This document shows positions 53,314-64,000 of a stretch of 64,000 nt of DNA, piece by piece (position 1 is the stretch's first letter; the number at the start of each line of letters is the position of its first letter). The translations under genes and the position numbers were made by a program. Under the pieces are notes generated by a model. That model was not told the DNA's origin and ran no database searches. It worked only from the letters and a program-made list of their open reading frames with translations. Source of the DNA: Octopus bimaculoides (lineage: Eukaryota); NCBI RefSeq assembly GCF_001194135.2, contig NC_068981.1:174976014-175040013 (forward strand), given 5' to 3'.

Positions 53314-54294
53314 ACCTGTTTGGTATATGAAACAGTGCTTTCTTCCAACATTTAATCACTTTTTAACTCGCAAACAATAACAGTTGTAATTTATATGAAT
53401 ATAAGGATTGTCAGGACATTTTACCGCAAATAGTTGCGAGTCAACAAAGGAGGCTCTACACAGTTATGTATCCTCATGTGCCAATCAAGAACATATGCTA
53501 ATTCATACAAAATCTATTTACCTATATTCTAAAATACCCCACGAATTGTTTAATGACTTCAGAACTATGACAATCGTCTGCAAAATAAAAATGAAATGGA
53601 ACTGAGAGATAAGTTTGCATAAAAAACTGATATGGTAAATTAATTCCAGTAACATGCATCTTTTTCGACAATTCGCCATGACTACGAACAGAAAATAGGT
53701 GTGTTATCCATCATTATATCGCTATCACCTGCTAGTACCTTCCGAACGACCTTCGACTGAACGCGATGTGAGGACGAATCAATCATTAAATAGAATTGGT
53801 TAAAATATATTTTTTTATTAGGGAAGAGGGGCTTATTCACGATCATTCAAGTGCTGAATTGGTATAGCAACAAATTTTTAAATTCAAAGATTCCTACAGA
53901 ACTAAGAGCATCATTTGTGCATGTATGTGTGTGTGTGTGCATGTGTGTGTGTGTGTGTTGTGTGTGTGTGTGTGTGTGCGTGTGTGTGGGTGTGTGGGTA
54001 TGTTATATTTTACACGTTATATTTTACACGTTCCACAACATTCGGAAATGATAAGAGATAGTCCCGGGAAAAATTTTCCACCTGAACATTTGCGAAAATA
54101 CATTTTTCTTTTAATGGAGAAAAAGCTGTCAGTGAAATATATCTATGTATGTATGTGTGTATGTATGTATGTATGTATGTATGTATGTATGTATGTATGT
54201 ATGTATGTATGTATGTATGTATGTACAGATATATGTATGTGTTTGATTGCATGTTTGCGTATGTTCTGTATTTCTCTTTTATTATTAATTTGCT

Positions 54295-54505
54295 GAAAAA
54301 AGTGGGGAGTTTGCAGAATCATTAGCACGATGGACGAAATGCTGAGTGGTATTTCGTCTGTCGCTACGTTTTGAGTTCAAATTCCGCCTAGGTCGACTGT
54401 GCCTTTCAACTTTTCGGGCTCGATAAACTAAGTACCAATTGAACACCGGGGTCGATGTAATTGACTCATCCCAATCTGCTCTTGTGGCAAAAATTTGCCA
54501 CAGGG
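54295..54505 (-). mobile_element. SINE family A
   Basis: head, GAGTTCAAATTCC B box and GGTCGACTGTGCC read on the + strand as written (GCAGAATCATTAGCACG...); orientation is that of the + copies. Confidence 0.1.
54300..54505 (+). mobile_element. SINE family A (sense on +)
   Basis: GGGGAGTTTGCAGAATCATTAGC head, GAGTTCAAATTCC B box, GGTCGACTGTGCC body; supersedes the minus-strand label on the preceding entry. Confidence 0.85.
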
Positions 54506-55020
54506 GCATGAAGTTTGACTCTTCTAACTTGCATTCACATTCAATGCCTCTGATATAATTTAAATTCTACCGTTCTAAATTTAAAAAAAAACAACTTACA
54601 GTTTAAAGTGCTTTGGCTGCATGAAAAATGCAAAGCAACAAAAATCTAGGCGATACAATTTTTTATCAAAAAATTCAATAATGACTGGAATAAAAGATAT
54701 TTTTCGCATAGCTTCAGACCATAAACGGCTTTAGTTAAGAGATGCGGTCGTGATATCGGTATGCTTATTTAATATGCGTAGATTGGTATTACATCATTTA
54801 AATAAATTAGCTTGTTCTGTCTTTCGGAAAATTGACAATAATAAGTAAAAGAAATATGATTTTCGTTTATGTATGAAGAGCTTATGAATAGTGATATATT
54901 TTATGTATAGAAAGTGCATTAGTGCCAATTCATTTACCTTTATTCTTCTAGAGATATTTTGAGTATCCACGTATTACACTTTGGTTGTGTTTCTTCTATT
55001 CTGTGTTCGTTTCTTTTAAG

Positions 55021-55071
55021 AAAGATGACATTAATATCAAGGATAGCGATAAAATTAGTATTCGACCACTG
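55021..55071 (+). CDS. Candidate 51-bp exon (KDDINIKDSDKISIRPL)
   Basis: strong polypyrimidine acceptor ending TTTCTTTTAAG, donor CTG/GTAATT, phase 0-0, open frame; no homology recognised. Confidence 0.3.
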
Positions 55072-55434
55072 GTAATTGTCCATGTATGGTATAAATGCTT
55101 GCGATGTAAAAATCAGGAATCTCATGCAGATTTAAAAACTTTATTTTGATATTAGTATATATAGATTATATTGTTACAATAGATTTAGATGTTCAACCTA
55201 AGACATATTATAGTTAGCTCTATTTAAGATATCGAGCGCTCTCTATCGAAACATGAACATTCGAAATATCGTAATTTATGCATTATATAATGTATGCATG
55301 TATGTATGTATCTATTTATCTGTCTGTCTTTCTGTCTATCTTCTCTCTCTTTATATATGCATACACATATAAATATATATACATATATATAATATATATA
55401 CGCACATACATCTATACAAATATACATATAAATG

Positions 55435-55515
<81 letters not shown>

Positions 55516-55896
55516 ATATTATATAAGAAATCGACAACAAAACAATAAATTGAACAATTATAAATTCAATACAATTCAAATATTTTATACAAACAAATAA
55601 CACATCTCATAAATTTATTTGACGAAAACTATCAATTGAAAATATTTATAATTGCTAAGGTTTTGCGAAAACGCTTTATAAGAGCGAGCTTAATGATAGA
55701 TATGTAAATAATCTAACTGAAATTAGGTAAATTCATAAAATTAAATCTATAAATATTCCGTTCTATAACCGAATTTTTGCCCAATACACACGTTCATATA
55801 TGCATACTTATATATACTTATATACATACATGCACACATACGTTTACACAGATACATACACACATGCACAAGTTTAGTTATTCATCTATCTATCTC

Positions 55897-55967
<71 letters not shown>

Positions 55968-56417
55968 TTTGTGTGAATGAGTCTATGGGATTGTTGCTGC
56001 TAGGCACGTCTGCAAGTAAATATATAAGTGTATATTTTTGCCTGTAGGTTATTTGTTATTTTTTGCTTGCACATCTCTGTTTATTCTGATTTGTATATCT
56101 GTATATTTCTCTGGTTGTGTGTATGATTATTTAATTGTGTAGCAATCTTTATTTCAAAATGAACGTCTAAGGAAAAATAAGTGGAAAATTGTTTCATAGA
56201 CATCTATTTACATATTTATGTCTTGGGTAAGATAACAAATAGATNNNNNNNNNNNNNNNNNNNNNNNNNNNNNNNNNNNNNNNNNNNNNNNNNNNNNNNN
56301 NNNNNNNNNNNNNNNNNNNNNNNNNNNNNNNNNNNNNNNNNNNNNNNNNNNNNNNNNNNNNNNNNNNNNTATGTATACACACATTATGTGGGTGAGTTTG
56401 TGTGCTAGTGTGTGTGC

Positions 56418-56469
<52 letters not shown>

Positions 56470-56518
56470 GTGTGTGTGTGTGTGTGTGAAGATTGAAGAC
56501 TGAATGTATATAGGCAAA

Positions 56519-56630
56519 AATTCAATTATATTGGAATGCCTATCGCATTAGTTTCAGAAAAATTGACTCCGCAAACTATCTTCATAGACTTGTCAGATCT
56601 CTGCGCTGCAATTTTCTCAAGTCCTGTGGT

Positions 56631-56712
<82 letters not shown>

Positions 56713-57085
56713 GTCTGTTTGTCTGTCTCACTCTGTCTCTCTCTATCTATCTATCTATCTATCCTTCTATTTACTTAAATATATATATACACACAACTAT
56801 ATATGTATATACATACATACAAAACAAACATACATACACGCACATACGTGAAGATGTGTATACACATTTACATCCACAGATATATATAAACGTGTAGATA
56901 TGCAAATACAAATACGCAGATGTATATATGCGTATGCATATCTGTGTAAATACGTCTTTATGAAGACATATACATTGGAATTCAATTATATGAATGCATA
57001 TCGTATTAGATTCAGAAAAATTGACTTTGAAAACTATCTTTATAGACTTGTCAGAACTTTGTACCGCAATTTTCTCCAGTTCTTT
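56519..57085. repeat. ~110 bp diverged direct repeat (56519-56630 and 56978-57085)
   Basis: AATTCAATTATA..TTCAGAAAAATTGACT..AACTATCTT.ATAGACTTGTCAGA in both. Confidence 0.85.
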
Positions 57086-57200
57086 AGTTTTCCAATCAAT
57101 AAATTCATATATCTATACATTTATTTATTCATTTTACAATCAGCCATCTCCCTACCTATTTATTTATTTATTTATCTCTTTATATAACTACCCCAAATCG

Positions 57201-57231
<31 letters not shown>

Positions 57232-57629
57232 ATATATGTGGTATCCATACTTTTTGAAAAAAAACATTCATCTAAATCTTGAAAGCTCTGCTTCAGTGTA
57301 ATCTTGGTAGAGCATCGTAAAGCGACATTACATTATCTCTATCCAGGGCGCGAGCTTGAGCAAGGTTGAATAGTTAATCAATCTAAAAATAAGCGCCAAT
57401 GCAGCTTGGCATCAGTATCGTCAGAGTTGTCAGAATGTAAGAGAAGCTGATGCGGAATTTCCTGAGAAACCGTTTCTAATGTCTAGAGTATTTCACCGGT
57501 AGTAGTATATTTTGTTTTTATGGATGCTACAAGCATTAAGAGGAAATACGTCACCCAGTAAATTGCACGCATAACGTGCAGAAACGGGAACAGATACCTC
57601 CAGGTTGTGTTCGAAGTTGTAATAGTTTT

Positions 57630-57795
57630 AATCTTGGACGCATTATGTGCAGGGTAGGCCAAACTTCACGAACCAGGAGGAAATCTCTGCGTTCCGGAAC
57701 CCAGTTTAGAACAGCTGCATAAAACAGTGTTATTAGGGACAGTTAGGATACTTAGGAGAGTTTTTGGCATCTAAGGCCACTTGTTGTAGCCCGAT
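57630..57795 (+). mobile_element. RLE-type LINE 3' end (another subfamily)
   Basis: EPSLEQLHKTVLLGTVRILRRVFGI* (stop 57772-57774). Confidence 0.7.
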
Positions 57796-57879
57796 GTCAG
57801 GATTTTTTCTCTTCCAGCAGTATAATCTTTTGTGTGTATATAAACAACAACAACAACAACAACAACAGCAAAAATAATA

Positions 57880-58064
57880 AAATATAAACCCTTAATATTT
57901 GAAATTGTTGGAATTTGGAGCATAAAAAACTAAATGTTGTGCCTGTAAAAACTGGTGCATTGGGAACTGTTAGTAAATCTATGGACAAATGGTTGAAGGA
58001 AGTTGGAAAAGAATGTCCTATGGAGCGTCCACAGAAAGTTTGCCTCTTAGGGACAGGATAGATT
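57880..58064 (+). mobile_element. RLE-type LINE C-terminal fragment (another subfamily)
   Basis: KYKPLIFEIVGIWSI../VVPVKTGALGTVSKSMDKWLKEVG..QKVCLLGT after (AAC)n. Confidence 0.7.
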
Positions 58065-58125
58065 ACCATGAAATTATTTACATTACTTACATTCGACGGA
58101 TATTTGTCCTCATATTGTTTGTTGT

Positions 58126-58171
58126 AACACAACGTTTCGGTTGATACGCACCCCAGCCTTCTTCAGATGTA
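58126..58171 (-). ncRNA. Degenerate hammerhead (inverted arm)
   Basis: UACAU-CUGAAGA-A-GGCU...AACC-GAAAC-GUU-GUGUU; one stem II mismatch. Confidence 0.55.
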
Positions 58172-58238
58172 TTGGGGAAATTTCGAACTTGGGCTCTCAT
58201 TCCTAAGGTATTTTTTTAATGTTATTATTATTAATATT

Positions 58239-58310
58239 GAGCATATGGCGTAGTGGTTAAGAGCGCGGGCTACTAACCCCAAGATTCCGAGTTCGATTCC
58301 AAGCAGTGAC
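58239..58310 (+). promoter_or_regulatory. tRNA-derived Pol III internal promoter (pseudo-tRNA)
   Basis: A box TGGCGTAGTGG 58246-58256, B box GAGTTCGATTCC 58289-58300; T-stem and acceptor stem do not pair. Confidence 0.7.
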
Positions 58311-58325
58311 CTGAACAACAACAAC

Positions 58326-58357
<32 letters not shown>

Positions 58358-58409
58358 TAACATCGAAAAATAATTTAGGAATGAGAACACAAGTTCGAAA
58401 TTTCGCCAA

Positions 58410-58455
58410 GACACCTGAAGAAGGCTCCAGGGTATATCAGCCGAAACGTTGTGTT
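58410..58455 (+). ncRNA. Minimal type I hammerhead ribozyme
   Basis: GACAC-CUGAAGA-A-GGCU(12 nt)AGCC-GAAAC-GUU-GUGUU; 5-bp stem I, loopless palindromic ACGU stem III; cleavage after 58450. Confidence 0.75.
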
Positions 58456-58677
58456 AACAACAAACAAGATGAGGACAAATGTCCGTCGAATGTAAATAAT
58501 GTAAATAATGTACATAATTCCTCATCTCTTAAATATAGAACTGTATTACCAGGAAAGTCTTAAGTAACTGAAAGATTATTGAAAGTTTGTGGATACTTGT
58601 GAGTATAGGGAGTGACTTGCTACGCACACAAATTCTACCGGGAATAAGAACGAACCTGAGTTGGATTAATAATAATG

Positions 58678-58753
<76 letters not shown>

Positions 58754-58756
58754 TAA

Positions 58757-59090
58757 TGGCACCTCAAGGCGACTACCATACCAGTGATTGTAGGATCTCT
58801 AGGAATGATAAAAAAAGGTACTGAAACCTATTTGAAAATGATACCAGGCTTACCATCCCTACAGGAAGTGCAAAAAATCGTGCTAACTGGAACGACTCAT
58901 GTACTGAGAAGAGCATTATCACTGTGAAAACAACATCCATTCGTGAATTTTTTTTCTTTGTTTTTTTCTTAAATATATGTTTTACCTGTGAATTTGCGTG
59001 TGTAAACTGAAAATGCATACAACGAGTTTCTCTGCCCTAGGTGTACGGAAAACACTCGGCGAGAAATGGAAGAAAATTTGAAGAAAGAAG
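58757..59090 (+). mobile_element. 5'-truncated RLE-type LINE (another subfamily)
   Basis: 58757..58927 WHLKATTIPVIVGSLGMIKKGTETYLKMIPGLPSLQEVQKIVLTGTTHVLRRALSL*; between (AAT)n tracts. Confidence 0.85.
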
Positions 59091-59164
59091 TAAAATAACA
59101 ACATAATAATAATGATGATGATGTGATGATGTTAATCCTTACCATTATTAAGAATAACAAGAAA

Positions 59165-59345
59165 GCACGAGCTAGAAGAATCGTTAGCACACTGGATCAA
59201 AGGACTTAGTTCGATATTTCGCCGAGGTCGATTTTGTTTTTCATTCTTTCGGGATCAATAATACAAGTACCATTCAATTCCTGGGGTCGTCGTAATCACC
59301 ATCTCCTCAACGGCTACAAGCTCTGTGCCAAAATTTGGAGCCATT
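59165..59345 (+). mobile_element. SINE family A
   Basis: GAGCTAGAAGAATCGTTAGCAC..CGCCGAGGTCGATTTTG. Confidence 0.7.
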
Positions 59346-61112
59346 ATAAAGACCATTAATGGTAAAAGTAGAGGAATACTTATAACGATAAGAGTGTCTT
59401 AACAGATAAAAGAATACAATATAAATAATAGAAAAAATAATAAACTGAAGATAACCGTATCTACGCAACAAATTTTTATGTAACAATTTGAAATATCCGT
59501 ATTAAATGCTATTCGAAATATCTGTAACTGGTACATGCATATATATATATATATANNNNNNNNNNNNNNNNNNNNNNNNNNNNNNNNNNNNNNNNNNNNN
59601 NNNNNNNNNNNNNNNNNNNNNNNNNNNNNNNNNNNNNNNNNNNNNNNNNNNNNNNNNNNNNNNNNNNNNNNNNNNNNNNNNNNNNNNNNNNNNNNNNNNN
59701 NNNNNNNNNNNNNNNNNNNNNNNNNNNNNNNNNNNNNNNNNNNNNNNNNNNNNNNNNNNNNNNNNNNNNNNNNNNNNNNNNNNNNNNNNNNNNNNNNNNN
59801 NNNNNNNNNNNNNNNNNNNNNNNNNNNNNNNNNNNNNNNNNNNNNNNNNNNNNNNNNNNNNNNNNNNNNNNNNNNNNNNNNNNNNNNNNNNNNNNNNNNN
59901 NNNNNNNNNNNNNNNNNNNNNNNNNNNNNNNNNNNNNNNNNNNNNNNNNNNNNNNNNNNNNNNNNNNNNNNNNNNNNNNNNNNNNNNNNNNNNNNNNNNN
60001 NNNNNNNNNNNNNNNNNNNNNNNNNNNNNNNNNNNNNNNNNNNNNNNNNNNNNNNNNNNNNNNNNATATATACTCTCATTCATAAAATCCATTTATCTCA
60101 TCTTCAATTCGTCTCTTTTAGTTAACTATATGGTTATTTGTCAGTTTTGCTTTTTCGGAATCTCTGTTTTGTACATTAGTGTTAATCTTAATTGAAATTG
60201 ACGCAAAACTGATATTTTGTTTGTACGTTGTAAATAGTATTTTTCGCTAAGCACTAAGCGTTGTTTTTGTGTCTGCTCGCCTGATTGTCTGTCTGTCTGA
60301 TTGCCTGCTTGCCTGCCTGCCCGTCTGTCTGTCTGTCTATCTATGGTCCCAATATATCTATCCAGTTATTTGGGTGTTTACCTTTGTGTCTTTATCTGTC
60401 TATCAATGCATCTACCACGTACACACACATACACACACACACACACACACACAAACATACAAACACACACAACACAACACATATGCGCACGTGCATTTCT
60501 ATGTAGTCATACGTGCATTTTTATGTATACGGAGCTTGTATGTGTGTAATTCAGTTACTTGAGTGTTAATATTTTGTTTCAACGCTCTTCGAAAATATGG
60601 AATATATCTATATAGATTTTATCTATAACAGTTGACTTATAGAAACATAGTGTATTTATATTTGATTGTAATACATACTGCATACTACACTTAAAAAGTA
60701 CTACGTGCATCTCCAAAGATAATATTAGCTTCAAGTGATATTCTTGGTGAAACATCTTTTAACATTCTACTTGCTATATTTGTCAGTACAATATTAACAG
60801 CTAAAATGAAGAAAAGCCTTGACTGAGCAAATTTTAATCAAAGTATATTAGCGAGTACAACATTGAAGATGTATTTTCTCATAAGTAAGTAATACAATTT
60901 TTATTTGCATTGCTCTTCCTAGTATATAAATATTGCTTTAAAAATAAGTGTTGTGGCATTTGAACATGGAAAATATCATCATCGTCATCAAATAAATTCC
61001 CTTGAGAAATAGAAACTACGGATCAACTGAACTAGGTTTCAACTTAAACTAGGCACAACAGTAAACCATATACATATATATATGTATATATNNNNNNNNN
61101 NNNNNNNNNNNN

Positions 61113-61167
<55 letters not shown>

Positions 61168-63112
61168 GCCCACGAGCTAAGATAAATAACTCAGTGAAGC
61201 CAATGTATTTGAGCAACATAGACAGATTAAGATAGATATATCAAATAACATTCTACAGAATTTTTTTAATTATCGCAATCATCTCCGACTCTACTGTGTT
61301 CAATCAATTACAACTGGCCTCTCTGAAATATTTCTGTTAGTTCATACGCACAGACGTGCACACACACACACACACACACACATATACAGACATTCATACA
61401 TATACACATACATGCATGCATACGCACATACATGCACATATACATATGAATACGTATTAAGTTTGAAAATGATGTCCAGTATTTATTTCAGACATATTTC
61501 ATAAGAATATAAAATGAAAAGATTGCAGCAGTACATTTTGCATTTCATTTCCCTATATATATTCTTTTGATTATCTTTTTATGTTGCCAAAGACGATTTG
61601 CAATTTCCTAACCCATTTTACTGACATTTCAAGGACAACTAACCTTATCATGAGGAAATGAAAGCATGACATACTGGAACTGGTTATTTTTTTTTCTTTT
61701 CGTATTATCATATTATTTGGAAAGATCTTTCGTATTATCATATTATTTTCAAGGATTTTTGTGTGTATAATATGCTGACTTTACAATGGCATTTACATAC
61801 ACGAGTTGCTTTTCAGTAATTCAGAACAGAACTTACAAGACACAACTTCATCACTAAGTAATGGATATTATACACAAACATATTCACTCAAATTCATACA
61901 CGTTTCTAAATGCACATATATATGAATATACATACATAAACATACATACGTATAATTACATACCCGATAAGAAAGACCCCCTTCTAGGTGGTTTTCTGTT
62001 TGTTGCTGTGTGATCTTTACCCATTTGATATTTACACATTTACACAAGTTTTTTCTTCTATATCATTATCTTTTTTTATTACACATAATTGCAATTAACT
62101 CATCAAAACGTGTTAGGAAACAACGACATGCGCAAAATATCGGCATCTCACCAATCACTCGCAGTATGTAAGTTTGAAAATGATGACGAGTATTTCAGTG
62201 AGACATATTTGATAAAAGTTTAAACTATAAATCATGTTCTACAATATCAGAAACATATTTACAAAAAAATCTCATTAAAAATGTCACTTTTCTTAAAGTC
62301 ATAAGGAAACAAACATGGGGAAAGAGGAACTAGTATAAGTAAGTTAAAACCACTTTCTTATACAGTTTTCTATTTCTGAAACAACACCCAACAAATATGA
62401 AGGGATACTACAATCAACATAATTAGGGTGAACCTGGATTAAACTTGGTTAATTTGAGTTGCAGATATTTGGGTAACTTTTATATTTCAGAATTATAGAC
62501 TGACGTTAAATACACTATCGCGTATTGAATTAAGATGTTGCGGTGAATAAAAATTAGATTTGTCACTGAAGCGCGTACTTGGAGACCTCAATAATAAATG
62601 AACTAGGGAACAGTTGGAATTTATATGAAGTTTTCTGGCAGACTAGACTTGAATAATTACTTTCTTTATAGGAAAAATTAACAAGTTTATATTAATACAA
62701 ATCACTTGCAAAACATTTTACCACAGCCGGGCAGCGGGTTAACGTAAATAATCATATTTTGAGTGGAATGTAATAAGTGGGACCTTGTCTCGTAGTCAGT
62801 TCGAGGCTGCCTCTATTTTCACTTTCCCGTGCTGATAATATAACTACTTCGAAATGCGTGCATCCATCGTTTTGAGTAGAGGGTGCGTCGAACTCATATG
62901 ATGCGTTTACACTTTTCGTGTATAGCGAAAATTTTCTCGATTTTAAATGCCTTACAGAATCGAATGACCTTACGGAATCGAATATCTGTTAACACACATC
63001 TGAACAGGTAACAAGTTTATACAAATCACTGCTTAGCGATTGTGATCCGTATATAGATAGCGCAAATAATCATATGTATGTGTGTGTGTATGTGTGTGCG
63101 TGTGCGTGTGTG

Positions 63113-63260
63113 AAAGCACGAAGTCAAGTGGTTAGAGTGTTGCACTCACGATCGCAAGATCGAGGTTTCGGTAGCCTGACCAGCTGCGTGTTGTGTTCTT
63201 GAGCAAAACACTTCATTTCACGTTGCTCCACTTTTCACTCAGCTGTAAATGGATAACATT
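63113..63260 (+). mobile_element. SINE family C (head + CORE-like block)
   Basis: AAGTGGTTAGAGTG..GAGGTTTCG..TTCTTGAGCAAAACACTTCATTTCACG..CAGCTGTAAATGG. Confidence 0.75.
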
Positions 63261-63720
63261 TCCGGCCAGGGCCAATATTAGCCTACTTGTTTATCCAGCG
63301 GAGTGGCATCTTTTGAAAATAAAATCGATCAGCGATGTTGTTATGTCACGCATTATGACGACGTATTTCGTCGCCTCTGCGGGATTGGCCCGAACAGCGT
63401 ATCTCGCTGACTGATTGATTTTTTATTAAGCACTATGACCCTGACACAGAGGAAACATCACAAGGACAGACAAAACGCCACAGTGGGGACAAAAACATAA
63501 AACGAATGAAAATGTATAAAATGATAATAAACAAATGATGATGCAATGGCTGCATTGAGCCCACATTCTCAAGCAGTACCATTTAACTGTGAAATCATAC
63601 AGTTTTATAAAGTTTTTCTTTGTCTTTTTTCTTTTCTTTTAACATCGTTTTTTTCTTTTTAAAAGTTTATGTTACTTTTTTTTCTCTTTTTCTCCAAATA
63701 AATTTTACTTACATTTTTAA

Positions 63721-64000
63721 TCAGTTCATGTAGGATTTCAAATCCTCGTACTCCAATACTTGCGGCAATTCATCAAATTCTATTTCAACCCCCAAATGGT
63801 CTATATTATTACCAAACATTTCTTTTAGTTTTCTATGTCTTTCTTTGTCGATTTTTATTCCTTTTATATGTTCCGAATATTTCCCTGGTGGCAACTTCAC
63901 TCTTATGACCGATATGAATTTCGTTATCCTTCTTTCAATTTCAGTACTTTTGACGTATGTGACCATATACCACTTGTTTTTCCTCTGTTTTACTTCTGTT
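63721..64000 (-). CDS. C-terminal coding segment running off the window (LINE ORF2 end or host terminal exon)
   Basis: frame open from the window edge: TEVKQRKNKWYMVTY...LPQVLEYEDLKSYMN*; followed by ~300 bp UTR, AATAAA (63427-63422) and TCAATCAGTCAG. Confidence 0.5.
   Translation of the reverse strand, partial: TEVKQRKNKWYMVTYVKSTEIERRITKFISVIRVKLPPGKYSEHIKGIKIDKERHRKLKEMFGNNIDHLGVEIEFDELPQVLEYEDLKSYMN

Larger units (their letters stand above)
58071..58545 (+). mobile_element. tRNA-headed hammerhead element with inverted arm (family H2)
   Basis: ~165-bp inverted repeats 58071-58235 and ~58350-58520 flanking a tRNA-like head and (AAC)(AAT)n; hammerhead in each arm. Confidence 0.75.

Noticed and set aside
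54295-54505. Minus-strand orientation for this SINE-A copy
   Set aside because: Head and B box read on the + strand; the + strand entry is the supported call
58239-58310. Functional tRNA gene
   Set aside because: T-stem and acceptor stem do not pair and the loop gives an atypical ACT anticodon; treated as a SINE-type head

Overview
AT-rich, gap-rich eukaryotic scaffold (N-runs, mostly flanked by (TA)n/(CA)n). The microsatellite load and SINE repertoire look like an octopus (coleoid cephalopod) genome; this is an inference. No recognisable complete gene is present and almost all ORF-track entries are microsatellite or gap artefacts. The window is mostly repeats: roughly twenty copies of one tRNA-derived SINE (family A), two further SINE groups (B, and CORE-like C), a short repeat D, at least eight fragments of restriction-like-endonuclease (R4/Dong-like) LINEs, several embedded in (AAT)n/(AAC)n, a deleted mariner, a mariner MITE, a dead Tc1 and a decayed Penelope-like element (PLE). 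The most interesting signal is two unrelated families of long inverted-repeat (hairpin) elements whose arms carry minimal type-I hammerhead ribozymes of the Penelope type (13.5-13.9 kb, 58.1-58.5 kb). One is built around a tRNA-derived Pol III head. A ribozyme-less copy of the other family (34.0-34.3 kb) has its apex next to the predicted cleavage site. A few candidate host exons are reported at low confidence only.
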